The notes below the pieces were generated by a model. The model had not been told where the DNA came from. It worked only from the letters and a program-made list of their open reading frames with translations, and made no database searches. Positions 24,487-37,500 of a stretch of DNA of 64,000 bases are shown here, in pieces (position 1 is the first letter of the stretch; each line of letters opens with the position of its first letter). The position numbers and the translations under genes were made by a program. The stretch is from Mantamonas sphyraenae STR306 (Eukaryota; Protista; CRuMs): the NCBI GenBank assembly GCA_026936335.1, contig JAPMXV010000029.1:620001-684000 (forward strand), written 5' to 3'.

Positions 24487-25626
24487 GGATCATGCTGGTT
24501 GCACAGGTATCTGCAGGTGATCAGGCTGCTGGCGCAGGAATGGAACTGCAGCGGTGGCACTGTGTGTGTCGCTCTGGTGCTCTTTGCCGTGTGCGGCAAG
24601 CGGCTGCTGGGCGTGGTGGCTGGAGAAACCATGTTCAAACTGTCCATCAAGAGCCAGGAAAAGGTGCGTGGGTCAAATCCCGTGCTGAAGAACCTGTTCC
24701 TGGCCGTGACAAAGCTCAGCGTGTTTCTGGTCTTTTACCTCGTCCAGGTGTTTGTGTTCTTCTTCACCAACGCCGTCACCGAGGTGATGAACTCCTTTGG
24801 ACGCGGGTTCCTCGTGCCTTTGGAGGGCTGCTCGGCAGAGGACGGCATCGCGTGGTACGTGGGGATCATCTTCTTCACCGCCTACATCGTCACCTTTCTC
24901 ATCCTGTACTTGGCTGTGTTCTCTGGGGCGGTACTGGGAGACGGCATGGAGCCTCGCAATCCGTTTGAGAACATGTCCATCAAGAGCGCCATTGCCATGA
25001 TCATCCGAGTGGTGCGCGAAGTGACGCCAACGCCGGCCAAGATTTTCCGTTCGCTGAAGCTGTTTTTCAAGATCAAGCCCGAGCGTATTCTGCTTCTGAC
25101 GCTGGGTGTGTGGACACCCGAGATGTGTTCCGTGTACGAGATCAAGGAGAAGGCGGAGAAGTATGACCCGGACAGCGAAGATGACGACAACTCGCAGGAG
25201 CTTGTGATGACGCTCCTGGCTCGCTCGTACTCGCTGCTGTACATTGCATTCCCGGGCTGTGTGATTTTGGCCAAGGTGCAGGAGGCGATGAACCATTCGC
25301 CCGTGTGGGCGCGTGGTGCTGGCATTTCCCTGTACACCAGCTTCCCAAAGCGCGCATTCTTTTGGTTGTTCTACGTACTGCGTCTGGTGACCATGCTCTA
25401 CATCCTGTTCAACCCAGATGTGCTCATGGCTGGTCTGATGGTCGGTTCGCTGGTGCCGCCGTTTCTGTTCTCCGTGATTTCAGATCTGCGCGAGGCCACC
25501 GCAGCGGTGTCGCCCAACCAGGTCGCCCCCACCGCCGGCTCCGCAGCACAAAACGTTGACATGTCACAGATCAAGGGCATCAGCCCCAAGGGAGATGAAG
25601 CGCGCGCGAGTTTCAGCCTGGCGTGA
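23922..25626 (+). CDS. Uncharacterised multi-pass membrane protein; 2 introns
   Basis: Exons join in frame at GTACGT..CAG and GTGAGT..CAG junctions; many hydrophobic segments; no family recognised. Confidence 0.65.
24454..24485. repeat. (GT)16 microsatellite in an intron
   Basis: Uninterrupted gt run seen directly. Shorter GT/CA runs occur in many other introns. Confidence 0.95.
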
Positions 25627-25688
25627 ATGATGAAGTTCTGAAAATTCATTTCCTCTGCCTCCCGCCTTAATTTTGGATCCACACATTC

Positions 25689-28524
25689 TCATCGCATGCG
25701 ACGCACGTTCTTGCCCTGGTTGACATAGTCCAATTCGTTGCGCACAACCATGTTGCGGATACTGAAGCGGATGTCGGTCTCCTGGAACCCTTCGTCCATG
25801 AGTTGGTTGACAAGGCGGGCGACCTTGACAACGCCTCCAATGACCATCTTGCGCTGAAGGAGCTTCTCGATTGCGCTCAGGCGGTCCTTGCGCTCCGAGG
25901 ATCCAGCACCCTCGGAGGCGACGTAGCCACTTTGCGCTGCGTCGAGGGTGGAAATCTTGAACAGACGGATGGCCTCTTCGACCTGCTCAATGCCAGCCTC
26001 TGTCAGGAGACGCATCTTGGCGAGGGACTCTGCGATGCGGATGATGGCTTCGAGCTGGCGGACGGTGATGGGGATGCTGTCCTGACCCTTGTTTGTGCGC
26101 TTCGCGTTCTGGCGGACGCCGACGTAGTGATCCTGAAGGCGATCAGCGGCGTCTGCAGTAAGAGTCGGAGCAATGCGCGAGCGGGCAAACGAAATGTAGC
26201 GCTTGAGCTTGTGAAGGTCGACGTCGTCGCGGTTGAGGGAGCTGCCGTCGTTTTGGTGAATGCTGATGACGTGCTGGGCAATCTGTTTGTCGCGCTCCTC
26301 ACTCTGCAGATCGCGCACAATGAAGATCATGTCGAAACGAGACAGGATGGTGGACTGGAAGTCGATCTGCTCGGCTGCGCTCTGCTGTGTGTCGTAGTGG
26401 CCGGCACGCGGGTTGGCTGCAGCAAGGACGGCTGTACGCGTGTTCAAAATGGTGGTGATGCCCGCCTTGGCAATGCTGATGGTCTGTTGCTCCATGGCCT
26501 CGTGGATGGCCACGCGGTCCTCCTCGCGCATCTTGTCAAACTCGTCGATGCACACGACCCCGCCGTCGGCAAGCACCATGGCGCCGCCCTCGAGGTAAAA
26601 CTCTCTCTGGAAGTGAGCAAACAGAGTGTGTGGAGTGTGAGTGGCAAGCCGGTGTGGGATTCAGGCGCAGAAAACAAGCCACAAGGAGCAAGGCGGAAAG
26701 AAAGAAAACGCACCGTGGTGGAGTCACGGATGACAGAAGCCGTCAGACCTGCAGCACTGGAGCCTTTGCCACTGGTGTACACGGCAACAGGCGCAATCTT
26801 CTCCACAAACTTGAGAAACTGGGACTTTGCGGTTCCTGGGTCGCCGAGGAGGAGGACGTTGATGTCGCCACGCAGACGTGTGCCGTCGTGCATCTGGCGA
26901 CGTGTGCCACCAAAGAGGAGGCAGGTGATTGCCTTTTTGATGTCATCCTGCCCAAAGATGGACGGCGCAATGCTGGAGGAGAGCTGCTCGTAGATGTCGT
27001 CCTGTTGCGCAATGTTGTCGAACTCCTCGGTCTCCTCCTGGGAGAAGTGGGCTGTGCCCGACGGCGAGTCACCGTCGTCGGCCTCTTCGATGCCCAGCAC
27101 GTGGATGTACGGGTTGCGCAGGGCGACTTCACCCTTGTGGGTGCTGCGGTTGGACGGGCCCTGGTTGCGCTGGAAGAGCGAGTACACTCCTGTGATGATG
27201 ACCCGCTTGCCCGGGACGACACGAGACACAAGGTTGCGCTCAACAAGGAGCAGGGAGGAACGGGGCATCTCTCCCGTGGGCACGTCCTCCGGGCGTTCCT
27301 GCAGCTTGAGCGTTTGCTGATCGACGTACTCCGAGTCGTCGGCCTGCACGAGGTATGGATCGAGTCCACAAGTGCTTGCAACTTGCCCTGTCTCTGTGGG
27401 TCTGGTGGAAGGCGGACAGGCACACGCACGGCGTGGCAAAGTCGTGTCAGCCGACAAGGCGGAGGGCGACGCGGCACATGTGCCCTCTCTCGTGGCTGAC
27501 GTGCGCAAGGTGACTTGCACGACAGCGACGAGCGACGTGTGTGGACAGGCACTCACTTTTGGCACTGGCGAGGAAAGGTGACGCCGCCGAGGCCAGGTTT
27601 GGCCTCGACTCGGATGGTGTCCTGGCACGAGGAGCAGCGAAGGGCAATGCGATTGGCCTTGAGCTTGCTCTTGGACGCGCTGATGATGATGCCCTGCAGG
27701 CGGACCATGTGTGCAATGTGCGAAGACTACAAGGCATGAGTCCAGCATGGTAGTTCATGTATGGTGTCAGCAAAAACAATGCAAGAAAGGCTGTGGGACG
27801 AGCAGCTGCACACGGCGCTGAGGGATGTGCAAAAATTGTGGTACCCCCCCCCTTTGATTAGCAAACTTACAACCAGGCTGCGGATGCTGATGGGCTGTGC
27901 AGAGCCTGTGAGCTCAATCTGGATGGGAGGCACCGCATCGCGGTCCATGTCTGTGCGGTCGTTGGGCCAGTTGGCAAGCACAACCTCGCGTGCGGCGTCG
28001 GCAAACTGAAGTGGGAGGAACGCGGGAGATGTCAGCAGGCAAAAACACGGTTGACAGCCGAGCACGCACAAGGGTCCGGGGCACATCATGAAAACAGGGC
28101 GCAGTGGTGATGCGCCACAGATGTGACATACAAGGTCCAAATAGTCGTTTGGGTGCTCCTGCAAGCCGTCGGCGAGCTCGGCGTCAAAGTCGCGCAAGTG
28201 ATCAAGGTCCACTTCGATGGAAAACAAGTTGCGCGACACATTGGCGGCCAGTTGGTCACTGGGAGGAACACACAGAGCAGAGATATGAGAACGGGGAGGG
28301 AGAGGGAGGAGAAAGGTGTCAGTGGTGCTGCTGGCCTGCTTTCAGCAGTGTGGCGTGCGTGAGGGAACGCACCGATAGACAAAGTTTCCCGAGACGGCAA
28401 ACTCGGCCAGAAACGTGCGCAGCTTGGCCTTGCGCTCCACACGCGATTGGCCCTGCGTGTCAGCCTGCTCGTTGCGGAAGCCCTGGTCGCTAAAGGTGAC
28501 TGTGGATGCGTCCCAGCCAGACAT
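25689..28524 (-). CDS. MCM5: DNA replication licensing factor MCM5; 5 introns
   Basis: N-terminus MSGWD; [100 protein letters not shown]. Confidence 0.96.
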
Positions 28525-28629
28525 GCGGTGCGGTGTGTGTGTGTGTGGCTTTTTGTTGTGGCAGCCTCAGTGCAGGTGCATGTGTGACAACAACACAGGT
28601 TGACACAACAATTGGGTGCTGCTGGCGGG

Positions 28630-30761
28630 ATGTCATGGTTCAGAGTCGTCCTCACGCCAGGGGAGTCAGTAAAAAGGACCGCGGGGATGGAGGACGCCGG
28701 AGTGTGGCACGAGCAGGCGGGGTGCGAAGCGATTGAATCGAACAGCAGCCAAAGCGGAGTGGTTGCTTGTGTGTGTGGTGATCTTGTGGCATGCAGCAGC
28801 GGCACGACGGCGGGGGATGTGATCGTGTGGCAGGTCAACAAGGAGGGCGCGGGTTGTACGGAAGTGCAGCGCCTGAATGGCATGCATGACAAGGCCATCC
28901 TAGCTATGCACATGTGCGTACGTGACGACGGGGTGCTTTGTCTGTGCTCAGCCAGTGCCGACGCAGTGTGCGTGTGGACACACGTCGACTCTGAAGAACT
29001 GCTGGAGTGCTCTGTGGTGGCCGATGGCTCGAATGGCATCACGTGGGTGGCATTTGACGCCTCGGGACATGTTCTTGCGGTGTGTGCAGGCTTGGCGGTG
29101 GTGCTGCTTGCAGTCGAGGTACGTACGCAGCCGAAGGAGCAGGGCGACGAAAGGCGCGCTCTTTTGTCCCAAACTCACACTCTGGTGCACACAGAGCAAG
29201 AAGGAAGTGGCTGTGTTGGAAGGTCATGAGGCAAGTGTGACCCACTGCGTATTTGGTACGGGCGAGCTGGCCAACGTGGTAATCACCGTCGCCCAAGACC
29301 GAAGCTTTCTTGTGTGGGATCTGGACGACCGGTGCATTGCCTACCAGTCGGCCTTGCTCGGCATGTCGCCCCTGGTGCGTGTGTGCATGGATCCTCTCGA
29401 GGCTCGTTTTGCCGTCGCCAGCCAAGACGGCATGGTACGTATGTACGAACTCCAACGCGTGCAAGGCGCGCTTGTCGTTCGCCCGCTGAGCAACGTCGAT
29501 GTGAACAAGGACGTTTCACGGCGACTGACAGAACTGCGCATGGAGGAGGAAGCAAAGAGAGCTGAGGCTGGCCAATCGGTGGTCATCAACCGCAAACGCA
29601 GCAGCGTGCGCAGCACGCTTGCCGAGTACACCAACCCAGGCGCGGGACTACAGGAGGAGGGCGATGGCGAGGATGACACACTGGCAGACGAAACCAATGA
29701 CCAAGGTGTGCAAATGTTGGCAATGGCCTTGATTGCGGCGGTGGACATCTATGCAGAGCCGTCCACCGATGCGGAAACCCCGTCGTGGCTCCAGCTCAAT
29801 GATGCGGGTGCTCTCTCGACGCCAGTGAGTGTGTTGGTGATATGCACGCATACGCATGCACTCGTGTACAATTCACACTCCCTGCAAATGCTGCATGTGC
29901 AGGAACTACCGGAACGTGCGGCCATCGCACACATGACCACCTGGCCTCAGGACGACACCCATGCCCTTTGTGTCACTGCGACTACGTTTGGGCCGTGCAT
30001 TCATGTTTGGCATTGCCATGCACGTACTGCCATGGGCAGGAACACTGCATCTGACTCGGGTTCCTCATCCTCCTCATCATCCTCATCTTCCTCATCTTCA
30101 TCATCGGACGCCGTCCTCTCGTTCATCCCAACTTCTGAGCCCAGTGAACAGTCTCCTCTGCGCTCAGAGCTCACGCTGAAGCGATCGGGAAGCAGCAGCA
30201 ACAGCAGCAAAAAGAGTGCTGGCAAATCCAGACCAAAGGGTGGCGGTGTGCAGGACAAACCGCTGACCTTCCGCACCAAGATTCAATCGTCCGGCTACGG
30301 CAAAGAGTCGCCTGTGATGAAGATGCATGTGGGCAAACGCGCCAGCAGGCAAGCGTCAAAGACGCGGAAGAAAGTCGGCGGGAGCAGCAATGCCAAGGCC
30401 AGCAGCATGAAGCAGTATCCGGTGCAATGTGATCCCCCCGTGGTTCCTGTGCGAGGCAGCACCCACCTTCCGATCCACCAGGCTGCGTGTGTCTCTCTAC
30501 GATACTCCAGCACCGGAAACTCGATTGCCACGGCCTCTGTGGACAACAATGCATCTGTACAGATGCTCCCGTACGCCAAACATGGCGAAAACGGCCTGGC
30601 TGTCCTCAAGGGCCACAGTGCACGAGTCAACAGCGTGGAATGGAGCAGGCGGTCGGGAAGATTGCTCACCGCCAGTGACGACGGAAGCGTGCGGATGTGG
30701 CAGGTGTCCAAGGGCTCCTCCTCCTGTCTTTTGCTGATGGACAACACAGAACACAACTTCC

Positions 30762-30799
<38 letters not shown>

Positions 30800-31522
30800 T
30801 CAAACTCTACGACGAGCACCAACGACCAAGTGTCCAAAGCTGTGCGCTGCGCCCAATTCTTTTACCAGGACAAGTTTGTCCTGCGCAGCTTCGGCAACTG
30901 CACACAGCTGGTCAAATACTACGTGGACGACGGCCAGAATGTGAGTGATCTCAAGCGTGGGCGAAATATGAATCGCTACAAGCGCGTGGTCGATTTTGTA
31001 CACAGCGGAACGACGGTGACCAGTATGGCCGGCATCAACGAGTTTCTGTCTCACCTTGTGCTTGCAGCAGGGAGCGACAAGTCCATCCAGGTGTACGATG
31101 TCGACTCAGGTAGCACCCTACACACGATCCAAGGCTCGCACGACCGCGCCGTGCACACGATCGCCCTGAACCCAGGCTCCAGCCACGTCAGCAACACCAG
31201 CGAGCTGCACAATATCTTCCTCACCGCGGCTTCGGACGGCAAGATCAAACTGTGGGATTTACGCAACGCCGAGTGTGTGCGTGTGTTCTCCAGCCACAGC
31301 AACAGCAGCCAACGCATCGGCGTTTCTTTCTCGCCCTGCATGCGCTACGTGGGCTCTGGCTCGGAGAACAACAACCTGTACCTGTATGACATCCGCAACG
31401 CATCAACCCTGGCCACAGTGCAGCACAGGGACACCGTGGCCGACGTGTCGTTCCACCCAGCCGACAGCTTCCTGGCCACGTGCGATTATTCGGGCAACCT
31501 CAGTGTGTTTGGATCAGAATGA
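28630..31522 (+). CDS. WD40 repeat protein, WDR27-like; 1 intron near 29119-29193
   Basis: Two WD40 clusters (GH...WD). Linker motif DKPLTFRTKIQSSGYG and AQFFYQDKF are recalled as WDR27 features. Confidence 0.8.
30763..30798. repeat. (CAG/AGC)n microsatellite encoding poly-Ser
   Basis: About 12 tandem units. Similar poly-Ser/poly-Asp trinucleotide tracts occur near 4457-4500, 13300-13324, 50234-50270 and 51650-51687. Confidence 0.9.
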
Positions 31523-31569
31523 TGCATTCCTCCCACTTCTCCTTTTCTCCTTTCCTCCCTCCCTCAACT

Positions 31570-34500
31570 TCACTCGCTGGCAATCATCATCTTGTCGCTG
31601 GCGCTGTTGCCGTTGCACTCTGGCGCGTACATCTCTTCCATCTGCGCCGGCTGCACCACATACGTGCCCGGAGCCACGGCACGCGCAAGGTATTGGTACG
31701 TGTGTACACCGGTGCCCACCGCGTTGCCGAAAACCTCGCACTGGTACATGCGCTTGTTTGCATGCTGGCCCCAAAGGGCATGGCTTCCGCTGCTGCTTGT
31801 TTGAGCGTCGCCCTGCATGGTGTTGCCACCCACAAGCGCCTCGTTGATGGGCTGCAGACCCGCCGGCAGCGGATCCACAAGCGCCCAGTTGTACCGGGTA
31901 CCGTGGTTCTCCACACGCAGATTGATCTGCACGCGTGCGCCTGCCTTGACCTTGTACTGGCCATCGACGAGTTGCACGTCATCCTTGTCATCCACGGCGG
32001 TGTATGTGCGCGTCACCTTGAAGCCACGGTTGGATGCGGTGTACTCCAGCTTGTCCGTCACATACTGCATCTGCACGGTGTAGAAACTGGTGCCCGGGCC
32101 GTCCTTGGCCAGCACCACCTGCGACGTGCTCGACTGGCTCAGCACAGGCTTGGCAAGGGCCATGGGGATCTCGATCGTGTCCACGTTGGGCGAGTGGTCT
32201 GCCACCTCGAACTTGGAGACAAACTTGTTGCCAAGGAACACGTCGAGCGAGTAGCTGCATTCGCCGCTCTCCATGACCTCGAAGTACGCCTTGAACGCAC
32301 GCAGCACAAAGTAGCTTTCCTGCGTGTTGTTCCAGTAGCCCGAATAGTTGCGGCTACGCAGCAATCCACGTGTCAATTGCGGGATCAACGCGTTGTCCGG
32401 GTCGCAGATGCACAGCGCTTCCAGGAACGCGGCTGTTGCCTGGTTGCTGCTGCCCATGAACCAGTACGGCATTTGAATGTGATCATAGGAAACCCCTGCG
32501 CCACGGTCTGTCTCGCTGACGTCGGACATGATGAGCGTCTGCAGCTGGCTCACAGCGTCTGTCAGGCCCACACGCTGGCATGCCACCATCAGACGAGCGC
32601 GTGCCACGTTGTCCACGGCATACGTGGTGGCCACATCCACCAGCATTTCCACCTCCTTGGCCGTCACCTTGTCGCTCTTGCTGTTCACGTACGCCAAGTA
32701 GCAGTTGATGCTCGCCGTCGAGCGAGCGTTCATCCTCTCAAATGCACCCTTGCTTTCCAGGTACTTTTGAGCACGCTCAATCATGCCGCTCACCTCGTCT
32801 GCACGCTGCGTGGGCACAATCTCGTCGCCACCCTCCTCCACAGCAACCAGCAGGGCGTCCAGCACGCGCACCGTCAGGTACGTGTACACGTACTCCTCCT
32901 CTCCGTTCCAGTAGGAAAAGCCACCCGAGGGTGCTTGGGCAGCGGCAATCCTGTCCAGGGCCAGGTTGGCCTCCTGGCGGACGTCGCTGTCGCTCTGATC
33001 CTGGTCCAGATGGAAGACATCCATGAACTGGCGAGTCAGCGCGTAGGCAGCCAGCTTGCCGGCGCTCTGTTCGCTGCAGTCGTACTTGTACGTGTGCAAA
33101 TGAGCCACGGCGCTCTCCATGCCGCTCAAGAGGGAGCTGCAGTTGGACACGGTGATGCCACCAAACTCAATCATGGCGTCCTCGGGCACCTTTACGGCCA
33201 CGGCCTTGGCGCCGCTCTCGTCCTTCTTGAACAAGCCAAACGCAGCCGAAGTGCCCTGAAGCAGAGGTTTGCGCACACGCACCGAGCTCTCCACCACGTC
33301 GTGGAAAGCCACGCCGTTCGCGTCCACGGCATGCATCACAGCCTGCACGCGAGCAGGGCCCACGCTCAGGGCACGCAGGGGCACTTGTACACTCGTGCGT
33401 GTACCAGCACCCACGGAAAAGTCGGCGCTCACATCTGCGGCCAGGTTGTCGTCGTCGCCGACCAGCAGGTTGGTCGTGCGCACGGCCAGGGTCACCTTGG
33501 CCTCGGTTGCAGAGCTGTTTTGCACCTGGAACATCATTGTGCTGATGTCGCGCAAATTCAGAAACGCAGGCAGCTTGGGACGCACTGTGAAGGGCATCTT
33601 GGCGACCACCTTGCTCTCCGACTTGCCGAAGCGTGTGTCGTGCATGGCAAACGCAATGATGGTGTACGACGTGGTGTTGTCTGGCATGGTGTAGGTCACT
33701 TCGGCCACGCCATTGCTGTCGGTTGCCTTGCACACCCACAGGGCCACGGGACGGAAGTCTGAGCGCGAGCGCAGCGCAGGGGCGCTGTCCTCTTCGCCAC
33801 CCGCATCCTCCTTCTGCGACATCATCCTGCCCCTACGCAGACGAGGTTCATCCATCATTTTCATCTCCTCCAGCTCGCCGCCACCGCCGCGCAGGCGCAG
33901 CACGAGGTGCAAAATGCTGCCCTCCACAATGTCGTAGTCGGTAATGGTGCGGCCGTCCTCCAGCTGCTTGCCGGCAAAAATGATGCGCTGCTGGTCGGGC
34001 GGGATGCCCTCCTTGTCCTGGATGAGCGTCTTCAAGTACAGGATGGTGTCAAATGCGTCCACGGAAATGGTCACGGTCTTGCCCGTAAGCGTCTTGACAA
34101 AGATCTGTCCTCCGCACTGGCCTGCCTTGTTCCTGCCCTCCAAGATGAGGCGGGTCCCATTGGGGCCGAAGCCATCGGTGCATGGGTAGCGCATCTCGGG
34201 GTCAAAGTACTTTGTGGAGGAGAGGGCAAGGCGTGCGTTGTCCACCACAAGCATGAGCACCTCGGCATTGGACACCGGCTTGCCCTTGGAGTCGTTCACA
34301 CGAGCCACCAACTGGGTCTCCATGCCCGGGGCCACAGTTTCTGTCACGGGCGAGACCGAGACGTCCAAGAAGCGCTGCTTGCGGCCAACCGTGTACAGCT
34401 GCGACTGCAGGACCTGAAAGGGCACGTGTTGGTTCGGCCCCTTGCCAAACACAAGGATGCAGAGACGCTGGCCCACCACCGAGTGCCAGTCTTCGTTCCA

Positions 34501-37500
34501 GTGCTTGGCTGGGATGGAGAACTTGTTGTCCTGGTCCAAGTCGACCTTGATGAGTTCCAGAGTCTGCGCCTCCACGTAGTACACCTGCACGGCGCCTTCG
34601 TACACACTGCCGGGCACCACGGAACCTGTGATTGCGTCGCCTTCCTCGAATTCGGTTTTGTCCAGACCCATGGTCGTGGTGACGCTCGGGGTGCTGGAGG
34701 TGTAGTCGTTGAAGTTGTACGTGTAGATGTCGTGCGACATGACGGCATCGGGCTCACTGGACAGCGCCGTGACCACGCTGTACGACTCTCGCAGACGCAC
34801 AAAGTCGTCCAGAGGAAACTGGATGTGGACGGCACCGGCTGCAGATGAAGTGATCACCTGCTTGCGCATATCTGTACTCTGGTTGACCAGAGAGACGACG
34901 ACGTCACGGTCACCCAGGAGGTTGCCGTGGATGTCGCATACAATGATGCTAATGGTCAGTTTCTCTCCGTCTGCACTGTGCATCATGCCCACAAACTCGT
35001 TGTGGGAGTAGACAGTGGCACGACGCGAGGCGACGTTGCTGAAGGTGCGGAAGTCACTGTCCTGCACGCTTGCCACCACAGCCACCTTGTAGCAGGATGG
35101 CGAAGAAGCCTCGCCAAACTGGGCTGTGTTGATGTCCAAGTAGGCTGCACCCTTGCTGTCGGTGCGTCCCAGGACAGAGGGCACGTGCTCATGGCCGCCC
35201 CAGACCTGCTTGCCAAAAGCGTACTCGCTGTGGTCCTCAAAATGCAGATTGGAGCGCTGCATGTTGACATTCCAGGTCACTTGCGCGCCGTTGAGGGGCT
35301 CACCGGTGAACAGGTTTGCCTGCACCTCGACGGGAATGGAACTGCCGACAATGTATGTTGCGTCCGAGTCGATGAGCGAGGTGGCGACGACGACATCGGG
35401 TTGCTCGAATTCCTGCACCTGGAAGGAGGACATTGACAGTTCGTTGTAGATACTGTAGTCTCCAGTGGAGAGGTTGAAGGAGTAGTTGCCGAGGGGAGCG
35501 TCCTCGGCGAGCTCGAGCTCAAACTGGAAGGCACCTTGGGTGTTGGGGTGCACGGTGGTTTCCAGCAGGGTTTCGCCAAAGGACGAAGTGACGGTGAGTG
35601 TCTGGCTGGCGGTGCAGATGGAAGTGAGGCCAGTGAGCTTGTCCGTGGTCACACCCCAGGCACGTGCACGCACGGTTTCGCCAGGCTTGTAGAGAGGCAT
35701 GTCGAGAACGACATTCCAGTGGTTGACGACGGCGTTGTAGGAAAGGGTCTTGGTGGTGCTGACGTACCAGCCGCAGCGCACAACGGACTGGTAGCGCTCA
35801 ATCCCGTTCTCGGTGTAGTGCAAGAGGACGCCGCAGACGCGCGGGTTCATCTCGATGGAAAAGGGGCCTTGGGTAGGCGCGTTGATAGTGGCGTACGGGT
35901 AGACGGAGGAATACTCGTCGGCAGCAAAGGCGATGATCTCGACGTCGTTGTCCTGCACAATGTTGGCATCCTGATCGGTAACGAAACCCTTGAGGAAGAG
36001 CTGGGAATTGGGACCATCGTGAGTCATGATGGAGCACATGGTGCGGTGCTGGGGACGCTCGACCCAGACGCGGGCGCAGATCTCGCTGTCGCCGTCCTTT
36101 ACGCTGATGACGCCGCGCAAAGTGACAAGAAGAGCCGAAACGGACTCGTCAGCGAGGGCTGTGGTAATGTCGATGTCTGTGGTGAGCAAACTGGTCATGT
36201 CGGTGACCTCGAGCTTGTCGTCGGTGACAAGGGTGGTCCCTGTGTACGCGCTGTCGTGGAAAGGCCGCTTGGCCCCATCCCCCAGGAAAACTCGGAAGCA
36301 CTGCTCGTGGTTCTGGACGCCGATGGAATGGACGGTGTAGGACGGTTGGCTGACCTGTTGCACCTCAAGCATGAGGCCCTCCTCCGGGTCGCGCACAAGG
36401 AGACCACCGAAGCCTTTGCGGACTTCGCCCAAGGCATTGACGAGGTTTTGCTTGCCGTTGCCGCTGTTGTGGACGATACCAAAGATGGGCTTCTGGGAAA
36501 CAGTTCCTTCGGTGGTCATGGACTTTGCCTTTGTCCAGACCTGGCCATCCTCGCCCTTGAGTGGGGCGTCCTTGGGGATGGTGACGGTGTAGTGGGTGTC
36601 GTACAAGAGGTGGCCGGTGGCAGGGCGCAGGGTGATGTTTGAGTAGGAGTAGCTGACACACATGTCTGGGATGGCAGGCTCGACAGTGATGAACTTCTTC
36701 AGTTGGTCGGTGTCAACTTCGAGGGAGACGTTGAAGCTGAGGCAGAGCTCGTTGGGCACGGACACGTCAAAGTGGCCCTCCTTGCTGGTTCCACTGCCAA
36801 ACTGACAGTAGGTCCAATCGATGGATGCGGGCGCACGGCGAGAGACCTCCTGGCGGAAACCCAAGCCCGGAAGCTCGTCAAGCTGAAACTCGATGGTGAT
36901 CTCGTCGTCGTAGTCAAACTTGTGGTCGATGAAGAACACCAGGCAGTTTTCCTCCTCGATGTTTGGAGAATAGTCGCCGTTGGCAATGATTTCCAGAGCG
37001 CTTTCTGCCGTGTAGGGCTTGACTTTGTGCTGAAAGTGCAACAAGCTGGAGGGCATCTTCTGCCAGCGGGTGTTTTCCAGAATGGCCTCGCGCTGGTCGG
37101 AGATGGGGCCACTGAAGTAGGCGACAAAGACAGGATGGTCCAACTCGAGGTGGTACACCTGCTTGCGTCCATAGAGGCTGCTGAAGTAGACCTGGTCGCC
37201 GAGGAAGGTGAAGGAATACTCCTCCTGGAGCGTGATGCCCGGAATGGCATCCTTGGCAACGGTGACGGTGTACGTGCCTGGTTCCACCGTCACTTCCTCG
37301 GGCATCTCAAGCACAAGACGCTTGTCAAAGATGTTCCAGGTGCCAAACGCAAACGCGTTGATGTACGGGCTGATGGTGGGCGGCTTCAGGTCGTCCAGGA
37401 GCTGCCGAGGCGTGCGAATGCGGGTAGGCGTGAGCACAGTGGGTGGAAAGAGGGTGGGGTGCACGTGTGTGGGATCGAGAGGGGGCCGGTTGGGGAATGG

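Noticed and set aside
33883-34110. Stand-alone ubiquitin gene or polyubiquitin fragment
   Set aside because: There is no initiator Met, no stop after GG and no splice sites are needed. It is continuous in frame with A2M domains on both sides.
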